A stretch of DNA of 63,842 nucleotides from Candidatus Omnitrophota bacterium (GCA_034723315.1 JAYEOV010000058.1:1-63842); one strand, 5' to 3'; shown: positions 34,605 to 45,288, numbered from the stretch's first letter. Made by a program: numbers and translations. Notes: a model not told the origin generated them from the sequence alone.

Positions 34605-36368
34605 CTATCCCTTTCTCAGCTTAATACCCAATTCCCGGAGCTGCCTGTCATCAACGAACGAAGGCGCTCCCGTAAGCGGACAGACCCCTTTCTGCGTCTT
34701 CGGGAAAGGTATAACCTCCCGTATGGAGGAATCCTTGGTGAAAACAGTTATAAGCCTGTCTATCCCGAAAGCGATACCCCCGTGCGGCGGCGGTCCATAG
34801 CGGAAAGCTTCGAGAAGAAATCCGAATTTCCTTTCGCATTCTTCCCTGGTCAGGCCCAGCGCGTCGAATATCTTCCGTTGAATGTCCCTTCTGTGTATCC
34901 TTATGCTCCCCGAACCTATCTCGCTCCCGTTCAGGACGAGGTCGTAAGATCTGGACCTGATCTTCCCCAGTTCCCCTTTATCCAGGAACTCCATGTCTTC
35001 TTCCCTGAAAGAAGTGAACGGATGGTGCTCGGATACCCACCTGTCTTCGTCCTTATTGAATTTGAAGAGCGGGAAATTAACGACCCAGAGAAAATCGAAG
35101 CGTTTCCGGTCAATAAGACCTTTTTCTTTCCCGATCTTTAGCCTGAGCGCCCCCAGCGCCCCGCATGCCGTTTCCCACGCGTCCGCGACCACGAAGATCA
35201 TATCACCTGTTCTTGCCCCTGTTGTTTCGCGGATCACGTCCAGCATCTCAGGGGAAAAGAATTTTGCGATCGGCGAGGAAAGCCCTTTCTCCTCCACCTT
35301 GAAATACGCCAGCCCCCTGGCCCCGTATTCGGCGACAAAAGCTGTCAGGTCGTCTATATCCTTGCGGCTGATGTTACCGTACCCAGGCGCGGCAAGGGCT
35401 ATAATATTGCCGCCGGTTTTGATCACCTCCCGGAAGACCTTGAAGTCGCTCCCTTCCACATCCCGGGTAAGGTCGCTCAAAAAGACCTCGAACCGCGTGT
35501 CGGGCTTGTCAGAGCCATACCTGCTAATAACTTCCCTGTAATCCATCCTGGAAAAAGGGATCTTTACTTCCAGGCCCGTTATCTCGGAAAAAAGCCCCTT
35601 GAACAGGCGTTCACAGACCCCCAATAGGTCATCCTGCTCCGCAAAGGACATCTCCATGTCCAACTGGGTAAACTCAGGCTGCCTGTCGGCCCTCAGGTCC
35701 TCATCCCTGAAACAGCGGACTATCTGGAAATATTTCTCAAGCCCCGCCACCATGAGCAGCTGCTTGAATATTTGCGGCGATTGCGGAAGCGCGTAGAAAC
35801 TTCCCTGCTGTATCCTGGAGGGGACCAGATAATCCCTGGCCCCTTCGGGAGTGGACTTTGTAAGCATCGGGGTATCAACAAAGATAAAGCCTTCATCGTC
35901 AAGGAAATCCATAAGAAATCTGTACACCTTATGCTTTACGAGAAGCTTTTTCTGCATGGGATCACGACGAAGGTCAAGATATCTGTATTTCAAACGGACC
36001 TCCTCGGATATCTCGATGTCATCCTTGATCTCGAACGGAGGGGTATCTGATTCCGAGAGGATCTCTATCTCCTTTACTTCCACTTCTATCTCCCCGGTGC
36101 CGATCTTCGGATTTACGGTGCCCTCGGGCCTCATGGAAACAGTCCCCCCGATTTTTACGCAATATTCGTTCCTCAGCTGGTGCGCTTTCAGGTGCGCATC
36201 CCTGTTCTCTTCCGGATCGAAAACCATCTGCGTAAGGCCGTGTTTATCCCTGAGATCCATGAATATTATTTCACCGTGATCTCTTCTCGAGGCGATCCAT
36301 CCGCAGAGGATCACCTCCCGTGAAACGTCGTCCGCTCTCAGTTCTCCACAATTATGGGTACGTATCAT
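34605..36368 (-). CDS. aspS: Aspartate--tRNA ligase
   Basis: RTHNCGEL, TPEGARDYLVPSR, ALPQSPQ.FKQLLM, CFRDEDLRADRQPEFTQ, PPHGGIAFGIDR. Confidence 0.97.
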   Translation of the reverse strand: MIRTHNCGELRADDVSREVILCGWIASRRDHGEIIFMDLRDKHGLTQMVFDPEENRDAHLKAHQLRNEYCVKIGGTVSMRPEGTVNPKIGTGEIEVEVKEIEILSESDTPPFEIKDDIEISEEVRLKYRYLDLRRDPMQKKLLVKHKVYRFLMDFLDDEGFIFVDTPMLTKSTPEGARDYLVPSRIQQGSFYALPQSPQIFKQLLMVAGLEKYFQIVRCFRDEDLRADRQPEFTQLDMEMSFAEQDDLLGVCERLFKGLFSEITGLEVKIPFSRMDYREVISRYGSDKPDTRFEVFLSDLTRDVEGSDFKVFREVIKTGGNIIALAAPGYGNISRKDIDDLTAFVAEYGARGLAYFKVEEKGLSSPIAKFFSPEMLDVIRETTGARTGDMIFVVADAWETACGALGALRLKIGKEKGLIDRKRFDFLWVVNFPLFKFNKDEDRWVSEHHPFTSFREEDMEFLDKGELGKIRSRSYDLVLNGSEIGSGSIRIHRRDIQRKIFDALGLTREECERKFGFLLEAFRYGPPPHGGIAFGIDRLITVFTKDSSIREVIPFPKTQKGVCPLTGAPSFVDDRQLRELGIKLRKG

Positions 36369-36389
36369 TTTTTTATTCTGTAGACGATA

Positions 36390-36485
36390 AGTCGGTTATC
36401 TGTTATCGGTTATCAGTGATCTGTGCTTCGAAGACGATTACCCATTACAGATAACAGGTAACAGATAACCGATCACAGATCACTA
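36390..36485. repeat. Heptamer tandem / inverted simple-sequence tract (GATAAC-type)
   Basis: cggttatctgttatcggttatcagtgatc ... acagataacaggtaacagataaccgatcac. Confidence 0.7.
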
Positions 36486-37745
36486 CCTCAGCTCTTTCCT
36501 GAGAAACTCCGCCACCTCATCGAATGACATCACCTTCTGTTCCCCCGTCTTCATATCCTTGAGAATCAGCTTGCCGCTTTTCATCTCGTCCTCTCCTACC
36601 AGGACAACGAACCTTCTTCCTTCCTTGTCAGCCCTTCTCATCTGGCCCTTGAAGGAGCGTCCGGAATAGTCCATGTCACATGGGACATTTTCCAGCCGGA
36701 GACGATTTACCGCGCGGAAAGCCTCCACGCGCGTCCCTTCGGAAATCGGAATAACGAGGGCGCCGGGCGGAGCAGAAGGGATTTTCTTCCTGTCGATAGC
36801 CAGGAGCAGCCTCTCTGTCCCGACGGAATAGCCGGTGGCTCCTACATCCGGACCGCCCATCTGTTTCGTAAGACCGTCATACCTTCCGCCAGCGGCGATC
36901 GCGTCCTGCGCTCCGAGCGCCGGATGCACTACCTCGAATATCGTCCCGGTATAATAATCAAGGCCCCTGACAAGATCTTTTTTCTCGCGGAAACTCACTC
37001 CCATTTCCCCGAGTATGCCCTTCAATGTATCGTAATCCCCGCGGCAGCTGTCACACAGATATTCCAGAACGTCCGGCGCTTCTCCCGCTACGGCTTTGCA
37101 TCCTTCCTTCTTGCAGTCAAGCACGCGCAAAACGTTCGTTCCGGCCCTGCGCCTGCAGTCGTCACACAGATCTGAACTTTTCCCCGAGAGATATCCGGTA
37201 AGCACTTTTTTGTAAGCAGCGCGATCCCTGGCACACCCGAGACAGTTGATCAATATGGTGAATCCTCTTATTCCGAGCCTTTTCAGAAAAACATCCAGAC
37301 TGAAGATAAGTTCCGCGTCAATGAAGGGATCCGATCCCCCTATTATCTCCGCGCCTATTTGGTGGAATTGCCTGAGGCGGCCTTTCTGCGGACGTTCCCC
37401 CCTGAACATGGGCCCGGTATAGAATAGTTTCGTAAGACCCGCGGCGTTATGCCACCCGTGTTCTATATACGCTCTTATGACGGAGGCCGTACCCTCGGGA
37501 CGAAGGGAGATGTTCTTCTTCCCCCTGTCGGTGAAAGAATACATCTCCTTCTCCACGATATCCGTATCCGCCCCTATACTGCGCGCGAAGACATCCGTTT
37601 CCTCGAGAATGGGGATGCGGATCTCGCTGTATCCGAATTCCCGGAATACCGTCCGCGCCTCATCTTCTACCCAACGCATAACAGCGGCGTCCCCGGGAAG
37701 TATATCAGGCATACCTCTAAGGGATTTGTATTTGAGTTGCCCCAC
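36483..37745 (-). CDS. hisS: Histidine--tRNA ligase
   Basis: RGMPDILP, LRPEGTA, FRGERPQKGRLRQFHQ, LVRGLDYYT, GGRYD. Confidence 0.97.
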   Translation of the reverse strand: MGQLKYKSLRGMPDILPGDAAVMRWVEDEARTVFREFGYSEIRIPILEETDVFARSIGADTDIVEKEMYSFTDRGKKNISLRPEGTASVIRAYIEHGWHNAAGLTKLFYTGPMFRGERPQKGRLRQFHQIGAEIIGGSDPFIDAELIFSLDVFLKRLGIRGFTILINCLGCARDRAAYKKVLTGYLSGKSSDLCDDCRRRAGTNVLRVLDCKKEGCKAVAGEAPDVLEYLCDSCRGDYDTLKGILGEMGVSFREKKDLVRGLDYYTGTIFEVVHPALGAQDAIAAGGRYDGLTKQMGGPDVGATGYSVGTERLLLAIDRKKIPSAPPGALVIPISEGTRVEAFRAVNRLRLENVPCDMDYSGRSFKGQMRRADKEGRRFVVLVGEDEMKSGKLILKDMKTGEQKVMSFDEVAEFLRKELR

Positions 37746-37827
37746 GTTAGACCTTTATTTTAAAGTTCAGAAAACACGAAACAGACATCTGTAAGACCCT
37801 GTCTTAGGGGCCCCGTCCCGGGGTGAA

Positions 37828-38109
37828 TTAACCCGTCTGTTCCACGTCCTGCTTCATCTTCATGCCCGGCTTAAAGGACACTACCTTCTTATCAGGGATC
37901 GAAACGCTCTCGCCGGTCCTGGGGTTACGCCCCAGTCTCCCCTTACGTGTCTTGACCTTAAAGATCCCGAAATTCCTGAGCTCGACCTTGTTCCCGCCGC
38001 GGAGACTGCTGATTATCATATCAAATGTTCGCTGGACTACTTCTTTTACGTCCACCTGTTTCAGTTTCGTCTCATCGGAGATCTTCATTATGATGTCTTT
38101 TTTAGTCAT
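37828..38109 (-). CDS. HU/IHF family DNA-binding protein
   Basis: MTKKDI, VELRNFGIF, GRNPRTGE, FKPG. Confidence 0.95.
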   Translation of the reverse strand: MTKKDIIMKISDETKLKQVDVKEVVQRTFDMIISSLRGGNKVELRNFGIFKVKTRKGRLGRNPRTGESVSIPDKKVVSFKPGMKMKQDVEQTG

Positions 38110-38156
38110 ATATCTTCCCTCCTTTTGATTTCGGTCGTTTAAATTTTTAAGTGCTT

Positions 38157-38185
38157 ATACTATCATCAGTTACATATTCTGTCAA
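38157..38185 (-). promoter_or_regulatory. Sigma70 promoter of HU/IHF
   Basis: TTGACA-17 bp-TAGTAT. Confidence 0.7.
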
Positions 38186-38211
38186 CGCCTTTTACTTGCC
38201 TTTTACTTGCT

Positions 38212-38330
38212 GAAGTTCCGGGGACACGCCTGTTGTTGGCGCTTACTTTGCTCGCAATTCGGAAGTTCCGGGGACACGCTTGTTGTAGACGACACGAGGG
38301 GGCGCCCAAGCATGTCCCCGGAATATATTT
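38212..38330 (-). repeat. Family B repeat, opposite orientation, with an extra arm
   Basis: gaagttccggggacacgcc ... gaagttccggggacacgctt ... catgtccccggaatata. Confidence 0.85.
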
Positions 38331-38381
38331 TTATATACGAGATACCCATAGCGCGCATCTTTGCCCAATACCCCAAAACTC

Positions 38382-41300
38382 CTACTTCGTTAAAAATTTC
38401 ACATTTCCCGTTCCTACTATAGCCTCGAACTCGCTGATAAGCTCATCAGTGGGATATACGAAAAATTCTTTGTCGGTGGACATCCGCACCTTTCTGCCTT
38501 CGGAAGATACGAAATCTATATAAACCGGTATCTTACCCTTGAATTTTCTCATCGCTCCCCTCAGTCTTTTCATTATCTGCTCTTCAAGGCCCGTCGTGGA
38601 CATCTTGACAAGTACCGATTTAGTGAACTTTTCTTTGACCTTCTCTAGCGGTATTATCTCTTCGGCCACTATCTTGGGTTCTTCTTCGCGGAGGTTCAAC
38701 CGTCCGAACACGTAGACCAGGTTGTCTTCTTTTGCCAGATCCGGGGCTTTCCGATAAGTCTTCGGGAACACCAGGACCTCGACGAAATTATCAAGGTCCT
38801 CAAGACTCAGTATGGCCATCTTTTCCGCCCTTTTACGCGTCACGGTCACCCTGCTCTTGTTGATGATCCCGCCTATAAGGACCTCCTGCCCGTCAGACAT
38901 CCCCGAAAGTTCCGATATCCTGCAGGTGGAATACGCGTTAAGAAGCCTTTCAAACCGCGCAAGCGGATGTTTAGTTATGTAAAACCCAAGCATTTCCTTC
39001 TCGTTAGCGAGAAGCTCGTGTTCCGGCCATTCCGGAATATCGGGGATATGGCTGAAACTTTTCCCAAAACCGTCTTCCGAACCGGTATCGTCAAAAAAGG
39101 ACAGTTGCCCGAGGTCTCTGTCCCTGTTGGTCCTTGTGGCCATATCCAGGACCTTATCGATCACCGACATCGCCTGGGACCTGTATATACCCGTGGAGTC
39201 AAAAGCGCCGCACTTGATCAGGCTCTCCACGACCTTCCTGTTAACCGTCCTTGAATCCACCTTCTTCGCGAAATCGTATATGGACTCGAACTTGCCTTTA
39301 TCCTGTCTCGTGGAAATGATCGATTCGGCGGCGCCGACGCCAACGTTCTTCACGGCTGAAAGACCGAAACGTATGTCCTTGCCGACGACCGTGAAATCCT
39401 TGAAGCTCTCGTTCACGTCCGGCGGCAGAATATCTATATCCATACGGATGGATTCATTTATATAATCGGATATCTTGTCCGTGTTGTTCTTTTCGCTCGC
39501 GAGAAGGGCCGTCATGAATTCCACGGGATGATTGGCTTTGAGATAAGCGGTCCTGTAGCTGATCATCGCGTAAGCGGCGCTGTGGGACTTATTGAACCCG
39601 TAACCGGCAAAATACGCTATCAGGTCCCATATCTTTTCCGCCATGATACGGTCCACGTTATTCTTCCTGGAACCTTCCATGAACTTCACTCTTATAGCCT
39701 CAAGGGTTTCGGGTTTCTTGATCTTTTTCCCCATAACCTTGCGAAAAATATCCGCCTCGGCCATGCTGAAACCCGCGAGAACGGATACGATCTGCATGAC
39801 CTGTTCCTGGAAGACTATTATCCCGTAGGTCTCTTTCAATATCGGTTCGAGATCGGGATGGTCGTACTTTACTTCTATTTGCCCCTGTTTTCTTTTTATA
39901 AAGTCGTCCAGCATGCCGCTGCCCATCGGGCCCGGCCGGTAAAGCGCGAGGATGGCTATAAGGTCCTCGAACTTCTCCGGTTTCAGTTTTCTCAACAGAT
40001 CCCTCATCCCGGCAGATTCAAGCTGGAATACACCCGCGGTTTCCGCTTTCGAAAAAAGATCATATGTGGATCTATCGTCAAGGGACACATTGTCTATATC
40101 AATATCCGCGTTCTTCGTGCGCTTCACGATCTTTACTGTCCGATCGATCACCGTCAGGGTCTTAAGGCCGAGAAAGTCCATCTTCAGCATGCCGATCTTC
40201 TCCAGCGATGACATGGAATAACCGGTAGTGATCTGGTCGTCGGCCGTTTTGCACAGAGGCATGCGTTTCAGAAGCGGTTTATCCGATATAACGACGCCAG
40301 CCGCATGCGTGGATATATGCCGGTTAAGACCTTCAAGGCGCATTGATATGTCGATAAGCTGCTTTATCACCGGGTCGTCCTCGTATCTCGCGCTGAGTTC
40401 CGGCTCGATCTCAAGAGCCTGTTTAAGGGTAACGGGCCTGCCGGGATCGGCAGGGTTCATGTTCGGAACCAGCTTAGCTATCTTGTCAACTTCCGCATAA
40501 GGCAGTCCCATGACGCGGCCGACGTCCCTTACGACGGCTTTCGCTTTCATGGTCCCGAAAGTGATTATCTGCGCCACGTTCTCCTTGGAATATTTCTCTA
40601 TGACATAATCGATGACCTTGTTCCTTTTTTCAAAGCAAAAATCGATATCTATATCCGGCATTGTCACCCTTTCGGGATTAAGGAACCTTTCAAAGATAAG
40701 CCCGTATTTCAGCGGATCAATGTCGGTGATACCCAGAACGTAACTTACGATGCTTCCGGCCGCCGACCCTCTCCCCGGCCCGACGGATATGTCTTTTTCT
40801 TTAGCGTGGCTGATAAAATCCCAGACAATAAGAAAATAACTTACGTACCCGCTGTCCCGGATGATCTTCATCTCGTGTTCAACACGCTGTTTTACCTCGC
40901 CGCTGACCGACCCGTAGCGCCTTTTGACGCCTTCGCCGACAAGCCTGTTGAAGAACGCCGCATTATCCTCTCCCTCCGGAGCTTCAAAACGCGGAAGATG
41001 GAGCTCGCTGAAATCAAGCTCAAGCTGGCACTTTTCCGCAATGGTGACCGTGTTCTTTACCGCTTCGGGTATCTCCGAAAAAGCGCTCTTCATTTCCTCG
41101 GGTGATTTAAAATACATCTGGTCGGTCTGGAATTTCATCCGGTTCTCTTCGTCCAGGGTGGTCTGTGTCTGTATGCACAAAAGCGCGTCGTGCGCTTTCG
41201 CATCGGCTTTATCCAGATAATGCACGTCATTCGTTGCTACAAGAGGAAGGTCCAGTTCGCGCGAAAGCCTGACCATAGCGGTATTGAGCTTGGACTGTTC

Positions 41301-41858
41301 TTCAATGCGGTTATCCTGGACTTCCAGGTAGAAATTCTCTTTCCCGAATATGTCAGCGTATTCAAGCGCGCTTTTCTTTGCCTGGTCCCATTGATCCGAC
41401 AGAAGAAAATGCGCGATCTCCCCTTTCATGCAGGCTGACATGGCGATGAGACCCTTGCTGCATCTGGACAGCACTTCCTTGTCCACACGCGGCTTGTAAT
41501 AGAAGCCCTCCAGATACCCCAGAGAGACTATCTCTATCAGGTTCCTGTATCCGGTTAAGTTCTTTGCAAGAAGAACGAGGTGATATGAAGCGCCTTTAAT
41601 CCCGTGGCTTGTTTTGTCAAAGCGGCTTTCGGGAGCCACGTAGATCTCGCACCCGATTATGGGTTTGATCCCTTTTTTTTTCGCCTTCTCATAGAACTCT
41701 ATAACGCCGAACATGTTCCCATGATCGGTTATGGCGCATGCGGGCATCCCGTACCTGATCGCCTGGTCGACAAGCTCGTTTAAACGGCACGCCCCGTCGA
41801 GAAGGCTGAATTCTGTATGCACATGTAAATGTACGAAGTCAGATTGTTGTTTGGTCAT
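38382..41858 (-). CDS. dnaE: DNA polymerase III subunit alpha
   Basis: FVHLHVHTEFSLLDG PHP domain, GPGRGSAAGS, PDIDIDF, GYGFNKSHSAAY. Confidence 0.97.
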   Translation of the reverse strand: MTKQQSDFVHLHVHTEFSLLDGACRLNELVDQAIRYGMPACAITDHGNMFGVIEFYEKAKKKGIKPIIGCEIYVAPESRFDKTSHGIKGASYHLVLLAKNLTGYRNLIEIVSLGYLEGFYYKPRVDKEVLSRCSKGLIAMSACMKGEIAHFLLSDQWDQAKKSALEYADIFGKENFYLEVQDNRIEEQSKLNTAMVRLSRELDLPLVATNDVHYLDKADAKAHDALLCIQTQTTLDEENRMKFQTDQMYFKSPEEMKSAFSEIPEAVKNTVTIAEKCQLELDFSELHLPRFEAPEGEDNAAFFNRLVGEGVKRRYGSVSGEVKQRVEHEMKIIRDSGYVSYFLIVWDFISHAKEKDISVGPGRGSAAGSIVSYVLGITDIDPLKYGLIFERFLNPERVTMPDIDIDFCFEKRNKVIDYVIEKYSKENVAQIITFGTMKAKAVVRDVGRVMGLPYAEVDKIAKLVPNMNPADPGRPVTLKQALEIEPELSARYEDDPVIKQLIDISMRLEGLNRHISTHAAGVVISDKPLLKRMPLCKTADDQITTGYSMSSLEKIGMLKMDFLGLKTLTVIDRTVKIVKRTKNADIDIDNVSLDDRSTYDLFSKAETAGVFQLESAGMRDLLRKLKPEKFEDLIAILALYRPGPMGSGMLDDFIKRKQGQIEVKYDHPDLEPILKETYGIIVFQEQVMQIVSVLAGFSMAEADIFRKVMGKKIKKPETLEAIRVKFMEGSRKNNVDRIMAEKIWDLIAYFAGYGFNKSHSAAYAMISYRTAYLKANHPVEFMTALLASEKNNTDKISDYINESIRMDIDILPPDVNESFKDFTVVGKDIRFGLSAVKNVGVGAAESIISTRQDKGKFESIYDFAKKVDSRTVNRKVVESLIKCGAFDSTGIYRSQAMSVIDKVLDMATRTNRDRDLGQLSFFDDTGSEDGFGKSFSHIPDIPEWPEHELLANEKEMLGFYITKHPLARFERLLNAYSTCRISELSGMSDGQEVLIGGIINKSRVTVTRKRAEKMAILSLEDLDNFVEVLVFPKTYRKAPDLAKEDNLVYVFGRLNLREEEPKIVAEEIIPLEKVKEKFTKSVLVKMSTTGLEEQIMKRLRGAMRKFKGKIPVYIDFVSSEGRKVRMSTDKEFFVYPTDELISEFEAIVGTGNVKFLTK

Positions 41859-41924
41859 GATACAGCGCGGTTTATAAAATTAATTCAAAGGTCTGAGAAT
41901 TGACATCAGCGGGAATCCGGATCC

Positions 41925-41975
41925 CTGCTTCCGCCCCTCGACTCCCTTCGGTCGCTCGGGACTTCGCAGGGTAAT
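41925..41975. repeat. Hairpin repeat related to the nested insert in the 26072 element
   Basis: ccctgc...cctcgactcccttcggtcgctcggga...gcaggg; shares cctcgactcc/gctcggga with the reverse complement of 26135-26160. Confidence 0.5.
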
Positions 41976-42014
41976 AACTTAACAGCACTTCGTGCCATAA
42001 GTTATGGCCTCACC

Positions 42015-43175
42015 TCACTTGCGCATTCCGACTCGCTGGGCGGCCTGGTAGACCTTTCCCTCGGTCTGTATGGAAGGCGCTATTATCATATTTACAAGCT
42101 GCATCTCATGTATGTTATGAGCGCCGAGATTACCCATGCTTGTGGCCAGCGCCCCCATAAGGTTCTGTGTCCCGTCGTCGAGCCGGGCGGGTCCGTACAG
42201 TATCTCTTCCAGAGTACCTGCAGTTCCCACATTGATCCGGGTCCCCCTGGGGAGCAGAGGATGCGGCATGGCCATTCCCCAGTGGTAACCTTTCCCGGGC
42301 GCTTCCTTGGCCCTGGCAAACGCGTTACCGAGCATGACGGCATCCGCGCCGGCGGCGAAAGCCTTGCACACATCGCCGCCCGTGGCCATACCTCCATCTG
42401 TTATGATCGGAACATACCGGCCTGTCTTCTTATAATAAAAATCCCTGGCAGCCGCGCAGTCACAGGTAGCGGTGATCTGCGGCACGCCTATGCCGAGAAC
42501 ACCGCGCGACGTGCAGGCCGTTCCGGGGCCGATCCCCACAAAGACACCCTGGCAGCCTGTCTCCATAAGTTTAAGAGCCACTTTATAATCAACGCAATTA
42601 CCGAAAAGCACCGGTATCTTCATCTGGCTGCAGAACTTTGGAAGGTCCAGCGGCTTGTATCTGCTTGATTCATGCTTTACGCTGATGACCGTGGCCTGCA
42701 CTATGAATATATCACAGCCGGCATCCTGTGCTATCGGACCGAACTTTGCGGCAACCTGCGGGTTACAGCTTACAAAAGCGGGGACACCCGCCGCCTTGAT
42801 CTCCTTTATCCTCTTACTGATAAGGTCCTTCTTTATGGGCTCCGAGTATATGTCCTGGATCGCTTTTGTGGATTCGTTAGGGTCGCAGTTGATGATCCTT
42901 TCAACGGCTTTGCCTGGATCTTCGTATCTGGTGGAAATACCTTCCAGATGCAGGATGGCTGCTCCTCCCAGCTTGCCCATCGCAATAGCGAAATTCACGT
43001 CAACGACCCCGTCCATGGACGACGCCATTATGGGTACCTGGAACTTTATCCCGCCGATCTCGCAGGAAGTATCGACATCATCAGGATTTACTGTAATCTC
43101 TCCGGGGACAAGAGCGACCTCGTCAAACCCATAACTGCGTCTTGCCTTACGGCCTATACCGACCCACATTCCCAT
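42015..43175 (-). CDS. guaB3: GuaB3 family IMP dehydrogenase-related protein
   Basis: RRSYGFDEVALVP, GIGPGTACTSR, DGGMATGGD.CKA, no CBS pair; start ATG 43175 behind AGGAGG. Confidence 0.9.
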   Translation of the reverse strand: MGMWVGIGRKARRSYGFDEVALVPGEITVNPDDVDTSCEIGGIKFQVPIMASSMDGVVDVNFAIAMGKLGGAAILHLEGISTRYEDPGKAVERIINCDPNESTKAIQDIYSEPIKKDLISKRIKEIKAAGVPAFVSCNPQVAAKFGPIAQDAGCDIFIVQATVISVKHESSRYKPLDLPKFCSQMKIPVLFGNCVDYKVALKLMETGCQGVFVGIGPGTACTSRGVLGIGVPQITATCDCAAARDFYYKKTGRYVPIITDGGMATGGDVCKAFAAGADAVMLGNAFARAKEAPGKGYHWGMAMPHPLLPRGTRINVGTAGTLEEILYGPARLDDGTQNLMGALATSMGNLGAHNIHEMQLVNMIIAPSIQTEGKVYQAAQRVGMRK

Positions 43176-43232
43176 AATCGCCTCCTGTAAATTCAACCAG
43201 ATATATTATTATATAAGTTAAGCGGTAAAAAT

Positions 43233-43261
43233 ATGATACAAAAGAGGACCGGATTTGTCAA
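43233..43261 (-). promoter_or_regulatory. Sigma70 promoter of guaB3
   Basis: TTGACA-17 bp-TATCAT. Confidence 0.7.
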
Positions 43262-43318
43262 GGGGGCTTGTCATGACCTTATTGGGTTTTAGTGAAGTTG
43301 GAGCTTTGAGTATTGGAC

Positions 43319-43349
43319 AAGGTACGGGACAACAAGCACGAATCACGAT
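43319..43349 (+). repeat. Family D partial copy
   Basis: aaggtacgggacaacaagcacgaatcacga. Confidence 0.65.
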
Positions 43350-45028
43350 AAAGCTTTTTCGGCGGCCAGAGCCTCTGCCTGGTAGCCCTGCCACTTCATC
43401 TCGCCAATGACGCCTTGCGCTATATTGGTAAGGTGGTCTCCTATCTTCTCGAGGTTATCCACAAAATCCAGGAAGACTATACCCGATTTAAGATCGCATT
43501 TCCTGTTGTTCAACCGGTTTACATGCGATTTTTTCAGGTCCACCTGGAACCTGTTTATATGCTGTTCTCTTTTCAGAACGCCCTCGGCTATACGCGCATC
43601 GTTCTTCTTAAGGGCTTCCTCAGCCTCTATCATCATGCTGCTCAGTTCATCCCACATCAGTTTAAGCTCATGCGCAGCATCCTCAGTAAAAGGAAGTTTT
43701 TTCTCTATTTTACGTTCGGCCAGTTCCATGATATTCTCGGAATGGTCGCCTATCCTCTCTACATCATTAACACAGTGTATCAAAACGGGCAGCTCCTCCG
43801 AAACTGTCTGGCTGAGGTCCTTCTGCGAAAGTTCAACCAGATACTGCGTGATCTCGGACTGAAGATTATCTACCGCCTGTTCCAGTTTCAATACCGGCTT
43901 GAAAGCGTTCATATCGTTCTTGAGGAACCCTTCCACCGCGGCCGAGACCGACCTGTTGGCAAGGCCCATCATGCGGACCGTCTCCCTGCGCACCTGTTCC
44001 ATGGCGATAGGCGGCGTTTCCAGCAGATGTTTTTCAAGATACTGCGGCCCTATATCTATTACTCCTTTTTTCTTCGGAACAAGGAAAATGCTCGCCCTTT
44101 CCAGAAAGCCGATAAACGGAAGAAACATAAGCATATTAATAAGGTTGAAAGCACTGTGGGCAACAGCTATATGGAGCATAATGTTCTTGGCCGTAATTAC
44201 TCCGGGAATCAGAAGATCTATACCCTTAACGAACCATCCGTTATAAACGAATACAAGCATGTACGCGACCCCTATCACGTTAAAAAGTGTGTGTGACATC
44301 GCTGTTCTTCTCGCCGCAAGATTAGTATTGATAGCCGCGAGCTGGCCGGTTATAGTGGTACCTATATTGTCTCCAAGAATCAAAGGTATTGCAGCGGGAA
44401 AACTTATTAGACCGCTGAAAGCCAGGACCTGGACAATGGCGATCGTCGCGCTCGAGCTCTGCAGCAACACAGTAAATACCGTACCAACCAGCACACCGAG
44501 CAGCGGATTTTCACTGAACACGACGAAAGCATTCTTCAATTGCTGACTGTTCCGGAGAGGATCAAACGCGTCTTTCATGAATCCCAACCCAACGAAAAGA
44601 ATACCGAACCCCATTATGACCTGACCGAAAAATCTTGCCTTCTTGGTCCTCCCGAAAGTCTTTACGAGAAAACCTATGCCTACTGCGGGCAAAGCATATT
44701 GAGTGATTTTAAAAACGGACATAGATGAAACGAGCCATGCGGTAAAAGTGGTACCTATATTGGCTCCCATCACAACGCTTATCGCTTGTCTCAAGGCAAG
44801 AAGCCCGGCATTTACGAAACCCACCACCATTACAGTCGTCGCGCTTGAGGACTGTAAAAGACAGGTCACAGCAGCACCCACGAGAACACCAAGAACAGGG
44901 AGTTTCGTTATCAGATGAAGGATATTCTTAAGACGTTCACCGGCAATTTTCTTAAGGCCCTCGGACATGAATTGCATGCCGAAAAAGAAAAAACCAAGAC
45001 CACCTATAACTAAAAAAATGGATTTCAT
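43343..45028 (-). CDS. Na/Pi cotransporter family protein with PhoU-like C-terminus
   Basis: Two QSSSAT repeats, GANIGTT and GDNIGTT; C-terminal D.ERIGDH and LEKIGDH. Confidence 0.94.
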   Translation of the reverse strand: MKSIFLVIGGLGFFFFGMQFMSEGLKKIAGERLKNILHLITKLPVLGVLVGAAVTCLLQSSSATTVMVVGFVNAGLLALRQAISVVMGANIGTTFTAWLVSSMSVFKITQYALPAVGIGFLVKTFGRTKKARFFGQVIMGFGILFVGLGFMKDAFDPLRNSQQLKNAFVVFSENPLLGVLVGTVFTVLLQSSSATIAIVQVLAFSGLISFPAAIPLILGDNIGTTITGQLAAINTNLAARRTAMSHTLFNVIGVAYMLVFVYNGWFVKGIDLLIPGVITAKNIMLHIAVAHSAFNLINMLMFLPFIGFLERASIFLVPKKKGVIDIGPQYLEKHLLETPPIAMEQVRRETVRMMGLANRSVSAAVEGFLKNDMNAFKPVLKLEQAVDNLQSEITQYLVELSQKDLSQTVSEELPVLIHCVNDVERIGDHSENIMELAERKIEKKLPFTEDAAHELKLMWDELSSMMIEAEEALKKNDARIAEGVLKREQHINRFQVDLKKSHVNRLNNRKCDLKSGIVFLDFVDNLEKIGDHLTNIAQGVIGEMKWQGYQAEALAAEKALS

Positions 45029-45080
45029 AATTTTGCTTTATAAAAGAGATTATTTTGAAAGAAATGCCTTTTTCGGGCAT

Positions 45081-45109
45081 AACTTAACACGAAGTTAATA
45101 CGGTGTCAA
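45081..45109 (-). promoter_or_regulatory. Sigma70 promoter of the Na/Pi cotransporter
   Basis: TTGACA-17 bp-TAAGTT. Confidence 0.6.
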
Positions 45110-45157
45110 GTGAGTTTAGTTTCTTATCGTTTCTTTCAACAATTTTATAAATAATTA

Positions 45158-45224
45158 TATATTCTGGGGATATGCTTGGGCGAGCCCAATAAGCGCCTAC
45201 AACAGACGTGTCCCCGGAACTTCA
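45158..45224 (+). repeat. Family B repeat
   Basis: ttctggggatatgcttgggcg...caacagacgtgtccccggaacttca. Confidence 0.85.
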
Positions 45225-45236
45225 CTTAAAACTTAT

Positions 45237-45288
45237 CACGATTCCCCGTACCACAAGGGTACGGGACAAGCACGAATCACGATTCACG
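45237..45288 (+). repeat. Family D repeat
   Basis: cacgattccccgtaccacaagggtacgggacaagcacgaatcacgattcac; supplies the nadX stop. Confidence 0.85.
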
